From the IMG/VR virus record IMGVR_UViG_3300022226_000003, positions 1-64,000 of that record: a stretch of DNA of 64,000 nucleotides, one strand, 5' to 3'. The DNA is from a virus. The position numbers and the translations under genes are program-made. This document shows, piece after piece, positions 57,204-64,000 of this stretch. Within the stretch, counting starts at the first letter, position 1. Each line of letters opens with the position of its first letter. Below the pieces are notes generated by a model, which saw only the letters and a list, made by a program, of their open reading frames with translations, was not told the DNA's origin and did no database searches.

Positions 57204-57437
57204 ATGCAATTTGAAAGATTACAAGTTGAAAGACAGAAGTATGGTGAGAACAAGGGTAAAGCTACGGGAGCCATCAAATACTCAGACCCTGTAGGAGAGA
57301 TGACATTAGCTTTATCTGAAAGGCAATGTGATGAAATCTTGAGAATTATTTCAGATACAATGGTAAGAATGACAAACGATCTTGCTAATAATATGACATC
57401 TTCTATCATCACTCAAAAGAGTTTAGGAGTAGATTGA
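57204..57437 (+). CDS. Hypothetical protein
   Basis: RBS AAGGAG. Confidence 0.6.
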   Translation: MQFERLQVERQKYGENKGKATGAIKYSDPVGEMTLALSERQCDEILRIISDTMVRMTNDLANNMTSSIITQKSLGVD

Positions 57438-57438
57438 T

Positions 57439-57675
57439 ATGGGTATGTTTGATAGAGTAATTGCAGATTGTCCTAATTGTGAAGGTTTTGTGGAATTTCA
57501 AAGTAAATCCGGTGATTGCGAGTTGACAACATTTAATATTATGGCTGTACCTTTGGAAATAGCTCAGGATATCAATTTAGATGAATCAATTTGTGATCAT
57601 TGTAAATCAAGATTTATTATAAGTAAAATTATTGATATAGATACATTGCCGATGCAATTAACGGAGGTAGATTAA
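57439..57675 (+). CDS. Zn-ribbon-like small protein
   Basis: MGMFD.....CPNC....FQSK..DC and CDHC. Confidence 0.65.
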   Translation: MGMFDRVIADCPNCEGFVEFQSKSGDCELTTFNIMAVPLEIAQDINLDESICDHCKSRFIISKIIDIDTLPMQLTEVD

Positions 57676-57932
57676 TGCCAATACGAGAGAAAGATAATTA
57701 TCATTATTTCGCATCATCTGGAATTGGTTGGAATACCGGCTCTGATATTCGAAAGGTGCTGGAAATCCGGCGGCAAGAAGATCATCTAATAGCATCGGGC
57801 TTTCAAGTTTGGGAAGTTCCCGGTAAAGATAAAGATAGTGACTATAAAATAGAATGGTATGCACCACAAGTGGAAGGTGCTAAATCTATTATTGTGGAAG
57901 AATACGACTGGTCTAGGAGTAAGAAACGATGA
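57675..57932 (+). CDS. Hypothetical protein
   Basis: Coupled ORF, RBS GGAGG. Confidence 0.6.
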   Translation: MPIREKDNYHYFASSGIGWNTGSDIRKVLEIRRQEDHLIASGFQVWEVPGKDKDSDYKIEWYAPQVEGAKSIIVEEYDWSRSKKR

Positions 57933-58126
57933 GTGAAGATTTAAAAGATGCCACCATTGAAGCTCTCAGAAGGCAGCTCGCCGTGAAAGAGATGGAATTA
58001 GAAACCAAGAATGAGCGAATTCATAATTTACTGAAACAACTCGAAAGCCTAGAATGCAGCAAACAGAATCCCACGTGGGGTGACAGCCCAGCTAAACCTC
58101 TCTTTCAACGAAAAGGTAAAACATAG
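57929..58126 (+). CDS. Small coiled-coil protein
   Basis: ATGA overlap, RBS AGGAG. Confidence 0.55.
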   Translation: MSEDLKDATIEALRRQLAVKEMELETKNERIHNLLKQLESLECSKQNPTWGDSPAKPLFQRKGKT

Positions 58127-58963
58127 ATGACAACTCTGGTCATAGATGGCGATATATTAGTCCACTTGGCTTGTCGATACGATAGATGGCAAACTAAATG
58201 TAAAAAAGAAGGCAAATATTTATTAGTAAATCTAAATGAGGAGGGTACTAAAGAACATTTAGAATACACTAAAAGAGAAGATGAGAAGTACATGAGGGAG
58301 TCATGGGAGAATTTTGAAAAACTGGTAAATACTCTGGTGGATGAATTATGGGCAATAGGTTACTTCATGGCAGTAAAAGGTGAAGGAAATTTCCGACATG
58401 ATCTCTATAGTGAATATAAAGCCAATCGCGCCAGACAGAAAGAAAAAAGGCCCGACAACCGCAGTAAGTTCGTGAATGCCATAACTAAATTAGCCGTATT
58501 GAATGGCTATGCAACTCCAGCAGATGGCATGGAAGCTGATGACTTAGTGAGAATTAAGGCAGAAGAATTACGTGAATCTGGAGAAGATTTCACGATAGTC
58601 ACGATAGACAAAGATTTGCGATGTATTCCCGGTAAATTCTATGATCCAAAAAAGAAAGAACATTTTGAAATATCGGAAGAGGAAGCTACCAAGTTCTATT
58701 ATGAACAATTGCTGTCAGGGGACTCCTCTGATAATATTCCGGGTGTTCCGGGAGTGGGACCAATCAATGCCCAAAAAATGTTAGCTGGAATTAATTCAGA
58801 GGAAGAATATCAAGAGATTGTTGTGAGTAATTATCTGGCAGCATACGAAGATGATTGGGAAGTTATGCTGGAGCTCAATGGTAAATTACTCTATATTTTA
58901 AAAAGTATAGATGACTCTTTTTCAATGGCTGATTGGCCAATCGTTAAGGAATTAAAGGAGTAA
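58127..58963 (+). CDS. 5'-3' exonuclease / RNase H (FEN-like, T7 gp6-type)
   Basis: VIDGD, NFRHDLYSEYKANR, EADD, TIDKDL and GDSSDNIPGVPGVG motifs. Confidence 0.9.
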   Translation: MTTLVIDGDILVHLACRYDRWQTKCKKEGKYLLVNLNEEGTKEHLEYTKREDEKYMRESWENFEKLVNTLVDELWAIGYFMAVKGEGNFRHDLYSEYKANRARQKEKRPDNRSKFVNAITKLAVLNGYATPADGMEADDLVRIKAEELRESGEDFTIVTIDKDLRCIPGKFYDPKKKEHFEISEEEATKFYYEQLLSGDSSDNIPGVPGVGPINAQKMLAGINSEEEYQEIVVSNYLAAYEDDWEVMLELNGKLLYILKSIDDSFSMADWPIVKELKE

Positions 58964-58966
58964 TTT

Positions 58967-59302
58967 ATGTATAGTACGTTAACTGTTAAAGGAGTTCTTA
59001 GTATGAAAATGCCGTCTGCTAAATCAGGCTATAAGCCGAAATATAAGTATATGGTGGAGCATTGCAGAACCATCAATGGCAAGATGCTAATTAAGCATTG
59101 GATAATGGATAGCTATTCTCAAGCAAGAGACTATGCTCACAAGGAACTTCGAAGTGGACTGGGAGGTGATATTTTCAAAGCAAATTCTCTCATCTATACC
59201 ACAGCATCCTACCGAGAAGGGGTAAGAAAGACAAAATTCAGCCGTGTATTTGGAGGTCGTTTCGAGCATGTGCTGGTTTTTCGTGTTGAACTTTATCAAT
59301 GA
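58967..59302 (+). CDS. Basic hypothetical protein
   Basis: RBS AAGGAG, 111 aa. Confidence 0.5.
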   Translation: MYSTLTVKGVLSMKMPSAKSGYKPKYKYMVEHCRTINGKMLIKHWIMDSYSQARDYAHKELRSGLGGDIFKANSLIYTTASYREGVRKTKFSRVFGGRFEHVLVFRVELYQ

Positions 59303-59766
59303 TAATTCCGAAAGTAGACAGTAAGCTACCTCGATATAATAACGGTAAATGGAAATTTTGCGAACAATTAGATCCCACGAAGTATGTGGGATTTCTATAT
59401 GTAATTCGAGACAATTACTTAGAACGTTTTTATTTTGGAAAAAAGAATTTTAAAGTAAAAAGAGGTAAGTTTAAAGGTAAGGAGAGTGATTGGCGTAAAT
59501 ACAACACTTCTTCACCACTCCTTAAAGAACTTTTTATTGAAAGAGGATTTGAAGAGTTTGAATTCATCGTACTTGAACAATATAAAACACAAGGCACGCT
59601 GTCTTATGCAGAAACATGGACTCTATGTGAAGTTGAAGCACCGACTAATGTTAAATGGTATAATACCAGAATTGAAAAAGTATCGTGGACCGTCAAGGAG
59701 CCTATTTCGTCTAGGCACAAAGAAAGACTCCTAAAAACAATAGCACTGGAGGAGTTTAATGAATAA
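59299..59766 (+). CDS. GIY-YIG-like endonuclease
   Basis: GFLYVI......FYFGKK, ESDWRKYNTSS and WYN motifs. Confidence 0.65.
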   Translation: MIIPKVDSKLPRYNNGKWKFCEQLDPTKYVGFLYVIRDNYLERFYFGKKNFKVKRGKFKGKESDWRKYNTSSPLLKELFIERGFEEFEFIVLEQYKTQGTLSYAETWTLCEVEAPTNVKWYNTRIEKVSWTVKEPISSRHKERLLKTIALEEFNE

Positions 59767-59789
59767 ACCACACAAACCAGAGACATCTA

Positions 59790-61439
59790 ATGGGAAAGAT
59801 TAAAGATAAAAACAATCCTTGTTTGGATCCTGTTTGTGGATCTAGTGATGCAAGGCAAATATATGAAGATGGTACCTCATTCTGTTTTTCTTGTCAGAAA
59901 TTTTTTACTGCTAAAGATGAAGAAGATTTCGATAAAATAGAAGTAGCCCCAACTAAAATAAAAGTAAATCAAGAAAAAATTTTAGAAGATATTAAAGAAT
60001 ACCCAATAAGAGGTTTCAAAGAAAGGAATGTCACGAAACGAATTGCAGAATTTTATGATGTGCGTGTGTCTTATGGCACAGATGGTTTCATTGATTCACA
60101 CTACTATCCATATCCGAAAGGTTACAAAGTAAGGGGTTTGCCCAAGCACTTTAAATGGTTAGGCAAGTCCGGAGGAATTTTCGGAAAAGATAAATTCAAT
60201 GCAGGTGGTAGGAAACTAGTAATTTGTGAAGGTGAGATAGATACCCTGGTTGTTGCTCAAGCTAACTATGACAAGTATAAAAAATTTTATCCAGTGGTGG
60301 GGTTATCTTCCGCTTCTGCAACTGAAGAATTATTAAAAGAAAGAGACTGGTTAAGATCTTTTGAAGAGGTAATCTTGTGTTTTGATGAAGACGCCGCAGG
60401 AGAGGAAGCCAGAGAAAGAGCGATAAAAATAATTGGTATTGATAAGGTTCGATTCACAAAGTTACCTGAGCATGATGCCGATAGAGTATACGCAGAAAAA
60501 GGTTCAGACACTCTATTACAATGTATCTGGAATGCACAAAAGTATATACCTCCGGGCATAATTGGCAAAGAAGAGTTATGGGAATCGTTAGTTAAGTACA
60601 ATGATACACCCTCTTTTCCATACCCTGAATGTATACACGGATTAAATGAAAAATTAAAAGGAATGAGAGAAGGTGAAATTAGCTTATTTATTTCAGGGAC
60701 TGGTTCAGGTAAGAGTACACTATTACGAGAGATAATGCTACATGTTTTAGAAACAAGTGATGAGAAAATTGGAGTAATTTCATTAGAGGAATCCCCTGCC
60801 GAAACTGCTAGGAAGCTAGCGGGGATGGTATTGAAGAAGAACCCAGCATCTGAAGAAATTCCTTTAGATGAATTGAAAATTGGATTCGATAAAGTCTTTG
60901 GTGACGATCGTGTAATAGTGCTCAATCATGGATTAGAGCTAAATGATAATTCTATAATGGACCAACTTGAATATATGGCATTATCGGGTTGTAAAAAATT
61001 ATTTATAGATCATATTACAATACTTGTCTCTGAAGGTATAGACCACTACGAAGGTAATGAAGCGCAAGATCGCATTATGAATGAGTTTGTAAGATTAACA
61101 AAACGACACCCAGTATGGATTGGTTTAGTTTCACATTTAAGAAAAGTAATGCCAGGAAGAAAGTCTTTTGAAGAAGGTAAGATGCCGACATTGGATGATA
61201 TTCGAGGATCAGGTTCCATAAAACAGATTTCCTCAGATATCATAGCTTTTGCAAGAAACCTGACAGCAGAAGGCGAATTAGAGAGAAATACTATAAAGAT
61301 GAGTGTTCTCAAAAGTCGTTTCACAGGTCTTACAGGTCCTGTCCCTAGCTCAGTTTATAAGTTTGATACCGGAAGGTTATTAGCTACGGAACAAGAGTTT
61401 GAATTTATTCCTGAAACTCAATTCACAAAATTACCCTAG
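59790..61439 (+). CDS. Primase-helicase (T7 gp4-like)
   Basis: Zn finger C..VCGSSDA...CFSC, TOPRIM ICEGEID/FDED, Walker A GTGSGKS, IDHI, LVSHLRK, RGSGSIKQ, KSRFTG. Confidence 0.93.
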   Translation: MGKIKDKNNPCLDPVCGSSDARQIYEDGTSFCFSCQKFFTAKDEEDFDKIEVAPTKIKVNQEKILEDIKEYPIRGFKERNVTKRIAEFYDVRVSYGTDGFIDSHYYPYPKGYKVRGLPKHFKWLGKSGGIFGKDKFNAGGRKLVICEGEIDTLVVAQANYDKYKKFYPVVGLSSASATEELLKERDWLRSFEEVILCFDEDAAGEEARERAIKIIGIDKVRFTKLPEHDADRVYAEKGSDTLLQCIWNAQKYIPPGIIGKEELWESLVKYNDTPSFPYPECIHGLNEKLKGMREGEISLFISGTGSGKSTLLREIMLHVLETSDEKIGVISLEESPAETARKLAGMVLKKNPASEEIPLDELKIGFDKVFGDDRVIVLNHGLELNDNSIMDQLEYMALSGCKKLFIDHITILVSEGIDHYEGNEAQDRIMNEFVRLTKRHPVWIGLVSHLRKVMPGRKSFEEGKMPTLDDIRGSGSIKQISSDIIAFARNLTAEGELERNTIKMSVLKSRFTGLTGPVPSSVYKFDTGRLLATEQEFEFIPETQFTKLP

Positions 61440-61448
61440 GAGATATTA

Positions 61449-63389
61449 GTGCAATACGCTGACTTACCGAAAATAATAACACCATGGAGCACTGTTGGTT
61501 ATCTGACTTACAAACGGACCTACTCAAGAAAGTTTGAAGAAGAGGAAGACTTACTAGCTGCAGACGCTCCCACAGAAGAATTTGAAGATACTATATTAAG
61601 AATCATTAATGCATGTGATGAACAATTTAATTGCGGATTCACCAAACATGAAGAATATAGATTAGCTGAATATTTCTTAAAATTAAAAGGGTCAGTGGCC
61701 GGTAGATTTTTATGGCAAGCCGGGACAAAAACAGTAGATCGATTAGGCCTACCTTCTCTACAGAATTGTGCTTTTGTGGTAATTGATAGCCCGGTAAGAC
61801 CCTTCACTTGGGCTATGGATATGTTAGCTGTCGGTGCAGGTGTCGGGTATAATTTACAAAAACACCATATCGACAAACTACCCACAGTTAGACCGTGGTT
61901 CAAAGCGCCTACACGTTATAATGATGGCGGTGCTGACTTCATAGTACCTGATTCAAGGGAAGGTTGGGTAAAGTTATTAGGTAAGGTGCTAAAAGCTGCC
62001 TTTCTGTCGAGCAGCCCCGAAAATGGGACTTTTACATTTTCAACACAAATGATTAGGAGTAAGGGCGCACCCATTAAAGGATTTGGTGGCACAGCGAGTG
62101 GACCAGAAGACCTAGTTTGGGGGATCTCGCAAATCTCCGCCTTATTGGAAAAGCGTAGAAATAAAAAGATAAGACCGATAGATGCTCTAGATATTATGAA
62201 TATAATTGGTCATATTATTGTGGCCGGAAATGTTAGGCGTTCAGCCCAAATAGCAATTGGCGATCCTGACGATGTTGAATTCTTGCTAGCAAAAAGATGG
62301 GACATGGGCACGATACCTAAATGGCGAGCAATGTCAAATAACAGTGTAGCTTGTGAAGATATTAATGATTTGCATCCTTATTTTTGGCAAGGGTATGAAG
62401 GCAGGGGAGAACCTTATGGTTTAATAAATTTACCTTTGTCGAGATCTTGCGGAAGGTTAGGAGAAACTTGGTATAGCGACCCAGATGTAGAAGGCTATAA
62501 TCCTTGTGCGGAGCAATCGCTTGTCCCCTATGAGACTTGCTGTCTCTCCGAAGTATTCTTGCCTAATATAGAGTCAGAAGCGGAGTTGATGGATATCTGT
62601 GAGCTCCTTTATAGGATTAATAAGCATGCAATGACACTGGGATCACATTTAAAAGAAACAGAAAAAGTTGTTCATGAAAATTTTAGAATGGGGATAGGGA
62701 TGACGGGTATCCTTCAAGCCAGCGAAGAGCAAATTAGTTGGCTATCTGAAACGTATAGATACTTACGACGTTTCGATGTTAAGTATTCTCATAAACGCGA
62801 TTTACCGAGGTCAATTAAACTTACAACAGTTAAACCAAGTGGAACACTATCCCTACTTCCCGGCGTGACTGCCGGAATACACCCAGGATTCTCTCAGTAT
62901 ATGTACCGGCGAATCACCATAGCCACTGAACACCCTTTAACGGCGATGTGCAGAGAAAAAGGTTATCCTGTTGAATTTAAGAAAGAGTTTGATGGAAGTG
63001 AGAATTATGGGTCATGCATAGTCACATTTCCTTTTAAATACTCAGAGGGTACCATTCTAGCTGAAGAAATGACGGCAATAAAACAACTTGAGTGGATTCG
63101 TAAATTACAAACGGAATGGTCTGACAATAGTGTATCCTGTACTGTCTATTACAGTTCTGAAGAGATACCTGAAATAAAGAGATATTTAGAAAAATATTAC
63201 AAGAGTCATCACAAAAGTCTTTCCTTTATGTTGCATCAAGATCATGGCTTCGAACAAGCTCCTTTTGAGAGTATAACAAAAGAAGAGTATGATGCCCTTG
63301 TCGCAAAAGTGGAACCAATAACTGAAATTGATTCCGCAGATTTTGAGCTAAATGATGAATGTGTGGGCGGAATGTGTCCCGTGAGATAA
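61449..63389 (+). CDS. nrdJ: Class II (B12-dependent) ribonucleotide reductase
   Basis: YKRTYSR, LQNC, VAGNVRRSA, NPCAEQSL, TTVKPSGT and C-terminal ECVGGMCPVR. No beta subunit adjacent. Confidence 0.9.
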   Translation: MQYADLPKIITPWSTVGYLTYKRTYSRKFEEEEDLLAADAPTEEFEDTILRIINACDEQFNCGFTKHEEYRLAEYFLKLKGSVAGRFLWQAGTKTVDRLGLPSLQNCAFVVIDSPVRPFTWAMDMLAVGAGVGYNLQKHHIDKLPTVRPWFKAPTRYNDGGADFIVPDSREGWVKLLGKVLKAAFLSSSPENGTFTFSTQMIRSKGAPIKGFGGTASGPEDLVWGISQISALLEKRRNKKIRPIDALDIMNIIGHIIVAGNVRRSAQIAIGDPDDVEFLLAKRWDMGTIPKWRAMSNNSVACEDINDLHPYFWQGYEGRGEPYGLINLPLSRSCGRLGETWYSDPDVEGYNPCAEQSLVPYETCCLSEVFLPNIESEAELMDICELLYRINKHAMTLGSHLKETEKVVHENFRMGIGMTGILQASEEQISWLSETYRYLRRFDVKYSHKRDLPRSIKLTTVKPSGTLSLLPGVTAGIHPGFSQYMYRRITIATEHPLTAMCREKGYPVEFKKEFDGSENYGSCIVTFPFKYSEGTILAEEMTAIKQLEWIRKLQTEWSDNSVSCTVYYSSEEIPEIKRYLEKYYKSHHKSLSFMLHQDHGFEQAPFESITKEEYDALVAKVEPITEIDSADFELNDECVGGMCPVR

Positions 63390-63466
63390 GCGAAGCTATC
63401 CATAAAAAGGACGCCAAGCAATCCTGGGATTTATGATAGAAAGCACAAGGACGTGCATTTTTATTA

Positions 63467-63713
63467 GTAGTGGCAGGCGGGGCTCGGTAGAACTGGGTTG
63501 ATCCCGTAGTGGCAGGAAATGGTGTGGCAGGCATGGAGGGTTGGCCTGGGCGAGTTATGGTGTGATCGGTCTGGAGCGGATTGGTTGGAAAGGGTGTGGC
63601 AGGCAAGGTTGGCTAGGTAAGGAGCCGCGAGACGCGAATTGGTTGGAAAGGGCATGGCAGGCGCGGCATGGTGTTGTCAGGGCAAGCTAAGACTAGGCAA
63701 GACAAGCCATGGA
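63467..63713 (+). repeat. Non-coding G-rich array with ~5-nt GG periodicity; putative ncRNA
   Basis: Runs such as GGCGG GGCTC GGTAG and GGCAA GCTAA GACTA GGCAA GACAA GCCAT. TGGCAGG occurs five times (63471, 63510, 63525, 63597, 63655). ATTGGTTGGAAAGGGnnTGGCAGGC occurs at 63580 and 63638. Confidence 0.8.
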
Positions 63714-63800
63714 TTATTTAAAATAAATTACTTAATATTATATATATCTATAAAGTCGGGGTATATATAATTTTCAATTACGACTTAGGAGAATGATAAA

Positions 63801-64000
63801 ATGGCGATTTCAATTAAACCAATTAAAAGGCAGAAAGTATCTTTTCATATTGTTGGGACTACTCCCATGATTCAACATAAATGGGCTGAAAAAGCTATCA
63901 TGCAAATGCGTGAAAAGCATGCAGGTAAGAAAACTCGAGCACGTGATATTAGAAAACCTGAAGAAGAATTTCAAAATGCGTGTTATCTTACTGATAGTGA
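63801..64000 (+). CDS. Truncated ORF, possible RAMP/Cas7-like RNA-binding protein
   Basis: RBS AGGAG 63787-63791. MAISIKPIKRQKVSFHIVGTTPMIQHKWAEKAIMQMREKHAGKKTRARDIRKPEEEFQNACYLTDS runs off the window. The ORF is clear; the family call is tentative. Confidence 0.5.
   Translation, partial: MAISIKPIKRQKVSFHIVGTTPMIQHKWAEKAIMQMREKHAGKKTRARDIRKPEEEFQNACYLTDS

Noticed and set aside
60287-60925. 212-aa minus-strand ORF (and similar ones at 29313..29879, 40324..40977)
   Set aside because: Antisense shadows of well-supported primase-helicase, capsid and tape measure genes.
63226-63655. Minus-strand ORFs 63226..63606 and 63464..63655
   Set aside because: Low-complexity translations of the repeat array, one overlapping nrdJ antisense. 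More likely non-coding.
63467-63713. CRISPR array interpretation
   Set aside because: No constant-length repeat/unique spacer structure, the 'spacers' are themselves GG-periodic, and there are no cas1/cas2 genes in the window.
1-64000. Prophage/lysogeny module or alternative genetic code
   Set aside because: No integrase, repressor or host genes seen. Long ORFs are intact under the standard code and use all three stops.

Overview
A 64-kb segment of a lytic-looking, AT-rich siphovirus-type dsDNA phage, probably infecting a Gram-negative host (lipoproteins, a YadA-like anchor, CsrA- and IHF-consensus sites). All credible genes are on the + strand. Order: AP2 protein, terminase, an ~18-kb block of fibre/LamG/repeat proteins and lysis genes, portal, a 1539-aa MuF(SPP1 gp7)-RNA polymerase fusion, scaffold, capsid, neck, tail (lambda-type GGGAAAG -1 frameshift, 2541-aa tape measure, J-like tip). 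Then comes an early region (sigma70 promoter, repeated 39-bp element, five tiny membrane ORFs), a second free T7-like RNA polymerase, SSB, family A DNA polymerase, tRNA-Tyr, exonuclease, primase-helicase and class II RNR. Two things stand out. (1) A head-morphogenesis protein fused to a catalytically intact single-subunit RNA polymerase, probably virion-packaged, alongside a second RNAP and two distinct repeated promoter-like motifs. (2) At the right edge, a non-coding G-rich array with ~5-nt GG periodicity directly upstream of a truncated ORF whose N-terminus resembles a RAMP/Cas7-like protein, a candidate RNA-guided system. All calls come from motif recognition by eye; no searches were run.
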